Shown here piece by piece: positions 31,901 through 39,034 of a DNA stretch of 64,000 bases. Position 1 is the first letter of the stretch, and the number at the start of each line of letters is the position of its first letter. Origin of the DNA: Desulfobaccales bacterium (GTDB taxonomy: Bacteria; Desulfobacterota; Desulfobaccia; Desulfobaccales; 0-14-0-80-60-11); NCBI GenBank assembly GCA_049696835.1, contig JBAVUP010000128.1, positions 25,085 to 89,084 of the forward strand. The letters run 5' to 3'. The position numbers and the translations under genes were made by a program. A model generated the notes under the pieces. It ran no database searches. It was given only the letters and a program-made list of their open reading frames with translations, and had not been told where the DNA came from.

Positions 31901-31989
31901 GCCTGCATACCGGCAATGCCGCCGCCCACTACCAGCACCCGGGGGTGGGCCACCCGATCTAATGGCCGGATAAAGGCCATGGGACGCAC
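28936..31989 (-). CDS. Tandem HdrA-HdrA fusion flavoprotein (1017 aa) with C-terminal 2x[4Fe-4S]
   Basis: Module 1: VLVVGGGIAGMQAALE...DKTFPTNDCAMCILSP. Module 2 restarts with the HdrA N-domain IGVFLCHCGTNIARS...VVAACSP and LVLGGGVAGMSAALT. C-terminus CRRCLACVGLCP...CRGCGVCAAECP. Confidence 0.85.
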   Translation of the reverse strand: MRPMAFIRPLDRVAHPRVLVVGGGIAGMQAALEVAAAGLPVTLVEAGPALGGLMAQLDKTFPTNDCAMCILSPRMLEISRHPLITIATSTRVIEVRGQAGDFQVLLSRRPRYVEVSKCSGCGDCTRVCPVRFPDPYNLGLSETRAIHVPFPQAIPQAAYITPETCWVFQGKKCEACVKVCRAGAIDFREPAAEWLESVGAIIVALGATPAVTGDFPGYNHPDVVTSLEFERLLSATGPQGGRLVRPSDGAAPSRLAFIQCVGSRNPQAGVAYCSATCCMASLKEALVARELSARGLETTIFYMDLRAQGKGHEAYLEQARAHGVSLVRSRVTAVAPRSPGGVRVRYADAHGRPQEQVFDMAVLAVGLKAGVRLPAVARRLGVELNEHGFIKTSPLIPVSTTRQGVLVCGTAAEPMDISASVSTATAAAAVASRLLTTARRTWAPQAPPVPSAGPDFPPRIGVFLCHCGTNIARSIDLARLAGAVAELPGVAHVEDNLFSCGVEATARMRETVRARLLNRVVVAACSPRTHEPVFREVLAAAGLNPGYVAMANIREQCAWVHQTDPEAAYAKALDLVAMAVGRAAVLGPIHLQSFPVMPRALVLGGGVAGMSAALTLADQGFHTYLAERESALGGLARQLFFTLEGPDPQEFLHELMAAVYQHPNIEVLIRTEAVQVTGHVGQFKTTVRRFTRNGYQDRELAHGVILAATGGREFQPRGRYLYGEDPRVLTQRELEARINFDDLELPKVRRLVMIQCVGSREPEHPYCSRVCCSQALKNTLLLKERYPLMEITVLYRDIRAYGFRESAYVKSKERGVTFIPYEAPRPPRVTAARRRPLTVWVADELLGQEVALPADLVVLSAGIEPAAGSDRVARQLRISQSPDGWFQEAHQKLRPVDSASDGIFICGLAHYPKSLGETVAQAQAAASRAAGILFQTELTGSERVAMITPEKCRRCLACVGLCPFGAVALADSKPAVRLEVCRGCGVCAAECPAGAIRMSRATDAELAKQLEAALGGR

Positions 31990-32057
31990 CTGCTCCTTGA
32001 AGCCAGTCGTCGCGGGGAGGGCCGGGGGAGAACGCCCTGGCCCCTTGCCTCGTTCGT

Positions 32058-32086
32058 GTAGGGGCGACCCGCCGGGTCGCCCCTAC
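32058..32086. repeat. REP-like perfect hairpin GTAGGGGCGACCCGCCGGGTCGCCCCTAC
   Basis: Palindrome between the hdrC-like stop and the tandem-HdrA start. Belongs to a family with 36328-36355, 41027-41055 and 48662-48690. Confidence 0.8.
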
Positions 32087-32127
32087 GCGGATGACATATT
32101 TTTCATGTTCCCATCAGTAACATCACG

Positions 32128-32595
32128 TTAATCCAGTTCCCCGGTTAACCGGGCCAGGGTCTCTTTCAGTTCCAGCTCTTCGGGCCCGGATAGAACCTCA
32201 TCGATGAGGCGCCGCCGCAGTTCCTGGATCAACCCCTCGCATTGCGTGAGCAAGGCCACCCGGGCCGCACTGATCCGCCCGTCCCGGAAAGCCAGGTTCC
32301 TCAGGCCCTGAATGATATCCAGAAAGCGGACGTCCTGGGGACACTGAAACGAACACCGGGCGCAGCGGGCGCAATACCACAGGGATCGCGATCCCAGCAG
32401 GGCCGCCCGCTGGCCGTAGAGAATCTGGCGGATGATCTGGCTGGGGCTGAACCCGGGCGTGGCTTCGCTCACCGGACAGGTGGCGGTGCAGACTCCGCAG
32501 CCAAAGCAGCGCAGCAGATGCTGGCAGCCCGGCTCGGCAGCCACTTCTTCCTTAAAAAGCGGGTCCAGTTCTTGAAAATGCAGCGTGTCGGTCAT
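32128..32595 (-). CDS. HdrC-like 2x[4Fe-4S] protein
   Basis: CFGCGVCTATCPV and CARCARCSFQCPQ motifs in a 155-aa protein. Confidence 0.75.
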   Translation of the reverse strand: MTDTLHFQELDPLFKEEVAAEPGCQHLLRCFGCGVCTATCPVSEATPGFSPSQIIRQILYGQRAALLGSRSLWYCARCARCSFQCPQDVRFLDIIQGLRNLAFRDGRISAARVALLTQCEGLIQELRRRLIDEVLSGPEELELKETLARLTGELD

Positions 32596-32596
32596 G

Positions 32597-32638
32597 TCTG
32601 GGTTCTGGGTTCTGGGTTCTGGGTTCTGGGTTCTGGTC
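32597..32638. repeat. Heptamer tandem array (CTGGGTT)x5-6 abutting the hdrC-like start codon
   Basis: tctgggttctgggttctgggttctgggttctgggttctggtc begins 2 nt from ATG 32595. Confidence 0.9.
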
Positions 32639-32710
32639 TAAGTGATCCAATCCTATTTCATCAATGAAGAAATGCAATTTTCATTCTCTCTCGCTGCTTA
32701 CTGCTAACTG

Positions 32711-33160
32711 CTAAAACAACGTAATGGCCTCGGTGGGACAATGATCCGCACATTTGTTGCACTTTTCCGCGGCCTGGACCAGCCGGGTGCACAGCTCCTG
32801 GCGCACCACCGTCACCGTGCCGTTGACCACGTGGAACACTACCGTATCGGTGAGGCGCGGCCCTTTGCCCAGGCGGGCCGCGTCGCAGTTTCCCAGGTGA
32901 TATTCGCACATGGCCACACAGATGCCGCAGCCGTTGCACTTTTCCGGGTCGATGCGCATCCCTGGAGCCGTGACCGCGGGCCCCAGGAGTTCGTACAAGG
33001 CCTCGATAAACCCGGCATAATCGGGCTCGTGCAGCACCGGGCAGTCCTCCGGGGCCACCTCCCGGGCAACGAGCAACCCGGCAAACTCGGCGCAGCTCAG
33101 GCCGCACTGCCGGCAATCCGTGCCGGGCAAGAATTCCAGGAGTTCTGCCGCCGTGGCCAT
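32711..33160 (-). CDS. Fe-S protein: RnfB-N-type cluster domain plus ferredoxin domain
   Basis: LPGTDCRQCGLSCAEFA...EDCPVL, then CNGCGICVAMCE and CNKCADHCP. Confidence 0.7.
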   Translation of the reverse strand: MATAAELLEFLPGTDCRQCGLSCAEFAGLLVAREVAPEDCPVLHEPDYAGFIEALYELLGPAVTAPGMRIDPEKCNGCGICVAMCEYHLGNCDAARLGKGPRLTDTVVFHVVNGTVTVVRQELCTRLVQAAEKCNKCADHCPTEAITLF

Positions 33161-33163
33161 GTC

Positions 33164-34534
33164 CTACAGCCCCACCCAGGGTCCGCCCAGTGCCTCCGGG
33201 ACCCAGAGGTTTTCCCCTCGCAAGCTCTGAAACTGGCAGATTTCCGCCAGCATCGGGGTCGCCGCCGCCGAGGTTTGCCGGTAGTAGGTGGCCCGGGCCA
33301 CCTCCGGGTACACCAGATTGAAATTGTCCACCACCACTTCCCCCGCCTTCAGCAGGGTGCGGCAGCGCCCCAGGCCGCGTTGCCACTGACCGGGGGGCGC
33401 CTCCGCCGCCAGGTCATAGATGGCTACATCGGCCCGGGTCCCCGGGCTCAGCCGGCCCCGATCCGAGAGGCCCAACAGCCGGGCCGGCAGGGTGCGGGTG
33501 GCCCAGACCCACTCCGACAGCGAATATTGCCGGGGCCCCAGGTCATCCTGCCAATCCTGCCGGCGGGCCCCCTGGTCCCATAAGTAGGCGAACAGCCGGG
33601 GATAATCGGCCACCGGCGCCGAGGCCTGGCCGGCCGCGGAAAAAGCCAGCCGCGAGCCCTGATATTCCAGGGCCAGCTTCAGGGCCCGCCGGGCCGCGGC
33701 CTCATCCACCGGGGGGTTGAGGTCCAGGGGACGGAACCATCCCAGGTCCAGCCGCACCGGCCGTCGCGGCCCTGCCTGAGGCCTGGCGGCCATGAGCCCC
33801 AAGTCGCCGGTGGCCCCCGCCTTGAGCAGGGCCAGGGCCGCGGCCATCAGGTCATCCTCCGTCAACGCCGGGCCCAGGGCCGCCAGATGAAAGGCCTGCG
33901 GCTCCGGCAGACCGGCCCGCAGCACTTCGGGGGAGGCCTCCAGAGTCAAAGGCACCCCGGTCGCCCGGGCCAGGTCGGCCAACAACCCCAGGGCCTCTTC
34001 GGGTTCAATGGTGCGGTGCCGATAATACTCCTGCCGGTACCGCACAAAGGGCTCCACCACCCGGAAATTGAGGGCGCGCGTGGCTTCCAGCAGGAACCCC
34101 AGGGTTTGCTCCACCTCCCGCCGGTGCTCCGGCGCCCGCAGCCACAGGTCTAGCTCCCGCAGGTTGAGGACCAGGGAGGCGGAGGTGTCCACCACCGGCA
34201 GGCCCGCGAGCTGGCGCTGCACGTAGCCCGCGGTCCAGGCCGTCAAGAACGGCTCGTGGACGTGGGTGTACCCCAGGAGGGCGTAGCTCTCCCCCAACTC
34301 TTTAAGCGACGGCGCCCCGTCGGTCAGGCGCAGGAAATCCAGGCCGTAGGTGGCCACCTGGCCCCGCAGCTCGATCCCCGCGGGCGTCACTATCTGCCCC
34401 CGGGCCTCGATCACCCGGTCCACCTCAGGAAGCGGCGCCACCACCCGGCCGTCCTGGATGAAGAGGTCCCCCACCTCCCCGTCCCAACCGCAGTCAGGAT
34501 CGTACAGGCGTCCACCGGCAATCTTCAGGCGCAT
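33164..34534 (-). CDS. FwdA-like (formylmethanofuran dehydrogenase subunit A family) amidohydrolase-fold protein, atypical
   Basis: Start set to ATG 34534: MRLKIAGGRLYDPDCGWDGEVGDLFIQDGRVV...IEARGQIVTPAGIELRGQ. The N-terminal pattern is FwdA-like, but the HxH position reads LRGQ. Confidence 0.7.
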   Translation of the reverse strand: MRLKIAGGRLYDPDCGWDGEVGDLFIQDGRVVAPLPEVDRVIEARGQIVTPAGIELRGQVATYGLDFLRLTDGAPSLKELGESYALLGYTHVHEPFLTAWTAGYVQRQLAGLPVVDTSASLVLNLRELDLWLRAPEHRREVEQTLGFLLEATRALNFRVVEPFVRYRQEYYRHRTIEPEEALGLLADLARATGVPLTLEASPEVLRAGLPEPQAFHLAALGPALTEDDLMAAALALLKAGATGDLGLMAARPQAGPRRPVRLDLGWFRPLDLNPPVDEAAARRALKLALEYQGSRLAFSAAGQASAPVADYPRLFAYLWDQGARRQDWQDDLGPRQYSLSEWVWATRTLPARLLGLSDRGRLSPGTRADVAIYDLAAEAPPGQWQRGLGRCRTLLKAGEVVVDNFNLVYPEVARATYYRQTSAAATPMLAEICQFQSLRGENLWVPEALGGPWVGL

Positions 34535-34718
34535 GGCGCAATGCTCCAACCTACCTGGGTGGATACCTTCGTAACGGTGACCGTCAAGCCCAAGATTTTC
34601 CCCCCTTTCCTAAAGAGGGACTTAAGGAAGGTCTGCGAGAAATCACGGCGACCTAGTGTTATGCTTCATTAAAAGTATGACAAAAATCAATCTGAGCTTC
34701 GGCTTAGAAGCCTTAAAG

Positions 34719-34802
34719 TCCCCCTTTTTAAAGGGGGATTTAGGGGGATTATTAAGCGGTTATCTAATCCCCCCTTACCCCCCTTTAGGAAAGGGGGGTA
34801 AG
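34719..34802. repeat. Three consecutive G/C-tract hairpins in the fwdB-like/fwdA-like spacer
   Basis: TCCCCCTTTTTAAAGGGGGA; GGGGGATTA..TAATCCCCC; CTTACCCCCCTTTAGGAAAGGGGGGTAAG. Confidence 0.8.
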
Positions 34803-34886
34803 AAAACCGCGCTTTTAAAGTTCATAGTAATTATGAAGCGCCACACCAGTTATCATGCAATTTCGAGGACATAATCTTCATCGATT

Positions 34887-36209
34887 TTAAGCCGAGATCA
34901 AGCGCTCCAGATCCCTGAGCACCTGGTGATCCGCGGGTAGCCCCGACGGCGTCACTTGTTTCAGGACCAGGGGCAGCCCATCCATGCGATAGGCCACCTC
35001 GGCGGTCTCCACCCCGGCCAGGGCCGTCGGCACAATCACCGCGGCCTGGCCGGTGGTCCGGTTGGCAAAGGGACTCAAAGCCACGATGGGCACCTGGCGG
35101 CGTTTGAGGTCCGCCACCTGCTCCTCCGACAGGAACCACAACAAATCGGCGCCGGTGACGCACAAGGCGTCCACCTCCCGGAAATCCACCGGCGTGGTGT
35201 GGACCGCCACTTCGCCCGCCCCGAAATCCGGGGCCCCGGCCCGCCCCACCTCGTTAAGCAGCAGGTGGTATAAGCCGCTGGAATTAAAATCCCCGGACAG
35301 GGGGAAGACAAACCACCGGGCCCGGGCATTGAGGCCGGCCACCAGGCGAAACAACCGGTCATACAGTTCCAGGGCCGGGCCGTAACCGACGCCCCGGCCG
35401 CAGAAGATGACCCCGTAGTCGGCCTTGGCCAGAAATTGGGCCAGGCGCCGGGTCCCCTTCACCGGCGGGGCGGGAGGCGGCTCCTGGTTCAGGATGGCGG
35501 CCACTCCCTTGACCAGGTCCAGTTCCTGCCCCGGCTGGATTTTGACGAACACCGGACAGAACGAAGCCAGCTCGGTCGGGTAGATGTCCACCGCCGCCAC
35601 CTGGCGGTCCTCCAGACCCCGTTCGGTGAAACGCCCCCGGGCGAACACGGCATAGCGCACCACGTGGCGGGGGGCCGAGTGGATGGGATTAGCCCCCCAG
35701 AAGAGCACCGAGTCCGCCTCATCCCGGATGACCTCCAGGGGGGCCCAAGACAGGCCATGCGCTTCGATGCTCTGATAATAGGGGGCTTTGAAGGCCAGAT
35801 CCCCGGGTTCCAGCCGGGCCCGCAGGCTTCGGGCCAGCTTCAGGGCGGCCTCCTGGGCCCAGGAGCCGGAATTGGTCAGCCCATAGAGGAGGGGCCGGCG
35901 CGCCCGGCTCAGGAGTTGGGCCGCCTCCGCCAGGGCCGCCTCGTATGACACCGTCTGCCGGCGTCCCTGATGACGCACCTCGGGCTCCCGCAGGCGGTGG
36001 CGGTCTTTCTTGGGATGGAATTTCTTGGCGTGGAAGAAGCGGCTTACGCCCCAGAGGCACACATTGGTGACCTCAACGATCCGGTCCCCCTCCAGGGTGA
36101 CATCCAGGTCATCGCAGAGGCAGCCGCAACCGGGGCAAATGATGGATTCGTGCCGGACTTCCACGTTTTGCTTACACCTAAGTTGGTTTACACATTCACA
36201 TATTACCAT
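34887..36209 (-). CDS. FwdB-like molybdopterin-oxidoreductase-family protein
   Basis: N-terminal Fe-S motif CPGCGCLCDDLDV...NVC, as in FwdB. ~440 aa, with no FwdD-like C-terminal domain. Confidence 0.7.
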   Translation of the reverse strand: MVICECVNQLRCKQNVEVRHESIICPGCGCLCDDLDVTLEGDRIVEVTNVCLWGVSRFFHAKKFHPKKDRHRLREPEVRHQGRRQTVSYEAALAEAAQLLSRARRPLLYGLTNSGSWAQEAALKLARSLRARLEPGDLAFKAPYYQSIEAHGLSWAPLEVIRDEADSVLFWGANPIHSAPRHVVRYAVFARGRFTERGLEDRQVAAVDIYPTELASFCPVFVKIQPGQELDLVKGVAAILNQEPPPAPPVKGTRRLAQFLAKADYGVIFCGRGVGYGPALELYDRLFRLVAGLNARARWFVFPLSGDFNSSGLYHLLLNEVGRAGAPDFGAGEVAVHTTPVDFREVDALCVTGADLLWFLSEEQVADLKRRQVPIVALSPFANRTTGQAAVIVPTALAGVETAEVAYRMDGLPLVLKQVTPSGLPADHQVLRDLERLISA

Positions 36210-36327
36210 TAATCCCCGCCACTGCCCAGCACATTATCAGACCGGGTCGGCCCGGGGGGAAGGCCCCGCAGTTCCCTCCGGGTATCTGTCCGATGTGTTA
36301 TAATAGAAAAAGGTTGGGAGGGCTGTT

Positions 36328-36355
36328 GTAGGGGCGGTGCGCTCACCGCTCCTAC
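36328..36355. repeat. REP-like hairpin GTAGGGGCGGTGCGCTCACCGCTCCTAC
   Basis: Same GTAGGGGCG...CTAC frame as the other family members. Confidence 0.7.
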
Positions 36356-36395
36356 GTTCCCCGGCCCTCCCCTCAAGACCCCTTGTACAAAGCCT

Positions 36396-37270
36396 ATGCG
36401 TTACGAAGGCCCCATATACCGGCCCCCCAGCGAAGCCGACAGTCTCCTGGTCCAGGCCACCGTGGGCTGCCCCCACAACCTCTGCACCTTCTGCATGGTC
36501 TATAAGGACGGCTCCGGTTCCAGGTGAGGCCCGTGGCGGAGATCAAGGCCGACCTGGATGAGGCCGCGGTCACCTATGGCCAGGCCGTGCTTACGGTGTT
36601 TTTCCCCGCGGGCAACACCATCGCCATGCCCACCGCAAGCCTGGCCGACATCTGCCGCCACGCCTACTCCCGCTTTCCCCGCCTCCAGAGAATCACCGTC
36701 TACGGCTCGTCCCACTATATCCGCCGCAAAGGGCCGGACCGGCTTAAGAATCTGGCCCAGGCCGGGTTGGGGCGGATGCATGTGGGGGTGGAAAGCGGCG
36801 ACGACGTCATTCTGGCCCGGGTCAGGAAAGGCGCCACCGCCGAGGACCATATCATGGCGGGACGCCTGGCCCGGGCCGCGGGGATTGAGATCAACGCCTA
36901 CGTCATCCTGGGCCTCGGCGGTCCGGAGCGCTCCGAGGCGCACGCCCGGGAGACCGCCCGGGTCATCAATGCCATGCAGCCCCAGGTGGTGCGCCTGCGG
37001 ACCCTGGTGCCCAAGATCAACACCCCCCTGCTGGCCGACGTCCAGGCAGGGCGCTTCCAGATGCTCACCCCCCATCAGGTGCTCGCGGAAACTATGGCCC
37101 TCCTGGAGCAGATCACCGCGCCCACTCAAGTCGCCAGCGACCACTACACCAACTACCTCGACGTGGCCGGCCGGCTGCCGGCAGACCGGGAGGCCATGCT
37201 CGAAAACCTGCGCCGGGCCTTAGGGCGCGACGAGGCCACCTTCCGGCCGTGCTTCATCGGCACCCAGTAA
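36396..37270 (+). pseudogene. Radical SAM enzyme gene interrupted by a 1-nt frameshift
   Basis: ORF1 36396-36527 is [43 protein letters not shown] and carries CxxxCxxC. ORF2 36524-37270 continues as RPVAEIKADLDEA... in another frame. Confidence 0.7.
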
Positions 37271-37465
37271 CTCCGGACTGCCTCCGCCTCCTCGATCCTC
37301 CCGATCCGCGCCCGCTGATTGACAAGCCCGGTTGCCATTCTTACTAATCAATTATAATTATGCATCAGGCCAAGAAAGCAGGACCACCGGTCATGCCTTA
37401 AGGCACGGCCCGCCGTGCCCCTACGCGCCGTAATCGTCCCTGTCGGATTTCTCAGGAGGTGCTCC

Positions 37466-37996
37466 ATGCTGCCCCAGGATGTGCATATTGAAGGCCGCAA
37501 TCTCGAAATCCTGCCCGAGTGGCGGGAAAAGATTGAAGCAGAACTGGCCCGCCTGCAGAAACACTACCATGATCCCATCCTCCACGCCCGGGTGGAAGTC
37601 ATCGGTACGGCTCACCACCGACTCGGAGCCTTCGAAGTCCACCTGGTGGTCAATGTCCCCGGCGACACCATTACCCTGCTGCGCCAGGGCGACACAGTCG
37701 TGCCCCTCCTGGTGGAGGCCTTTGACGCCCTGGACCACCGCCTGAGCCAGCACTCCCAGGTGGTCCAGCAGCAGGTCAAGATCCACGCCGAAGTCGCCCA
37801 ACACGGCAGAGTGGTGCGCCTGTTCCCGGATGCCGACTACGGCTTCATCGAATCCGACGACGGCCAGGAAGTCTACTTCCACGCCCACGCCGTCAAAAAA
37901 GGCAACTTCAGCCACCTGACCCCGGGCATGGCCGTGACCTTCGCCCAGGAGCCTGGAGATCAGGGCCCCCAGGCCATCTGGGTCCAGCCGCTTTAA
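37466..37996 (+). CDS. HPF/RaiA-type ribosome-associated factor fused to a C-terminal cold-shock domain
   Basis: AGGAGG SD before ATG 37466. The N-terminal half matches an S30EA/HPF pattern. C-terminal GRVVRLFPDADYGFIESDDGQEVYFHAHAV...GPQAIWV is CSD-like. Confidence 0.8.
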   Translation: MLPQDVHIEGRNLEILPEWREKIEAELARLQKHYHDPILHARVEVIGTAHHRLGAFEVHLVVNVPGDTITLLRQGDTVVPLLVEAFDALDHRLSQHSQVVQQQVKIHAEVAQHGRVVRLFPDADYGFIESDDGQEVYFHAHAVKKGNFSHLTPGMAVTFAQEPGDQGPQAIWVQPL

Positions 37997-37998
37997 GG

Positions 37999-38087
37999 CA
38001 GTAGCCAGTTGCCAGTGATCAGTGGTCAGTTTTGGTCGGTGGTCGTTCCGTCGTTTTACTGACTACTGGCCACTGGCTACTATTTTT
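37999..38087 (+). terminator. Long imperfect hairpin built from CAGTNNN heptamers, followed by a T-run
   Basis: Arm 37999-38023 pairs 21/25 with arm 38058-38082, followed by TTTTT (38083-38087). The right arm overlaps the bioC stop codon. Confidence 0.45.
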
Positions 38088-38871
38088 GGGCCACGGCCCA
38101 GATGACTTCGTAGCTCACCGGGATGGTGCCGTTGCGTCCGTAGGTGGTCTGGTAGGCGTTGATGGTCGAGGTCAGCAGGCGGGGCGAAAAGGGGCGGGGG
38201 GTTGGATTGGTGGCGCCCGTGGCCTGGAGGGCCTTGAGGAAATCCCGCACGGTGGGGAAGGTGGTGGTGATTATTTCCCGGGACATCTGCACCTGGGAGA
38301 ATCCGGCCCGGTGCAGATGGTGGGACCAGGTTTCCCGGTCGCCGAAGTCCTGGGCGGGAATCCGGAGCGCCCCGGTCAGATTCAGGCTGTGGGCCGCCTG
38401 AGTCAGGGAGCCGGCCAGTTCTTGAAACGTCCCGGGCCCCAGGGTGGAGAAGGCCAGGGTGCCTCCGGGGGCCAGGCTCCGGTAGTAGGCGGCCAGGGTC
38501 TCCCCGGGATGGCTGAACCACTGGAAGCTGGCATTGGCGATGACTAGGTCATATTCGCCCCGAATGGGGCTCTCGCCGTCCGCCACCAGCCATTCCACCC
38601 CCGCTTCCGGTCCCAGGCGATCCCGGGCCGCTTTAAGTAGCGCGGCATCCAGGTCCAGGCAGACCAGGCGGGCCTCGCCATTGGCCTGTCGCAGGAGCTG
38701 CGTGAGATAGCCGGTGCCGCAGCCGATCTCGAGGATACGCCGGGCCCGGGCCAGGATCCCTTGCACCACCGCCACCAGGCCATGGGCCATGAGGCTTTGC
38801 ATACAGGCATATCGGTCATAGGACCGCACCCGGCGGGCAAAATTCCGTCTGATACCTGCCTTGACTTCCAT
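38080..38871 (-). CDS. bioC: Malonyl-ACP O-methyltransferase (BioC-like SAM methyltransferase)
   Basis: Motif I ILEIGCGTGYLTQLL in a bio operon context. Start set to ATG 38871, because the longer ORF reads through a repeat element. Confidence 0.75.
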   Translation of the reverse strand: MEVKAGIRRNFARRVRSYDRYACMQSLMAHGLVAVVQGILARARRILEIGCGTGYLTQLLRQANGEARLVCLDLDAALLKAARDRLGPEAGVEWLVADGESPIRGEYDLVIANASFQWFSHPGETLAAYYRSLAPGGTLAFSTLGPGTFQELAGSLTQAAHSLNLTGALRIPAQDFGDRETWSHHLHRAGFSQVQMSREIITTTFPTVRDFLKALQATGATNPTPRPFSPRLLTSTINAYQTTYGRNGTIPVSYEVIWAVAQK

Positions 38872-39034
38872 ATGCTCTTGAGGGGCGAGGCATATGGCCG
38901 CGCCATCCTCGGTTCTCCCGAAAAATTCCCCTAAATCCCCCCTTGAGGAAAAGGGACTCAAAAAACCTGGAGTGCCTCTTCCTGCCTTTTCTAAAGGCGG
39001 GAGGAGGAAATTTTCCCACGCGAAATTGGCTGAT

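Noticed and set aside
32661-33386. 241-aa minus-strand ORF overlapping the Fe-S protein and the FwdA-like 3' end
   Set aside because: It is a Gly/Pro/Arg-rich alternative frame. The 149-aa Fe-S protein frame has clear Cys motifs.
22639-36209. In-frame TGA (selenocysteine) in the HdrA-like or FwdB-like genes
   Set aside because: All these ORFs are continuous from plausible starts to stops, with no split-gene pattern around a TGA. No SECIS search was possible.
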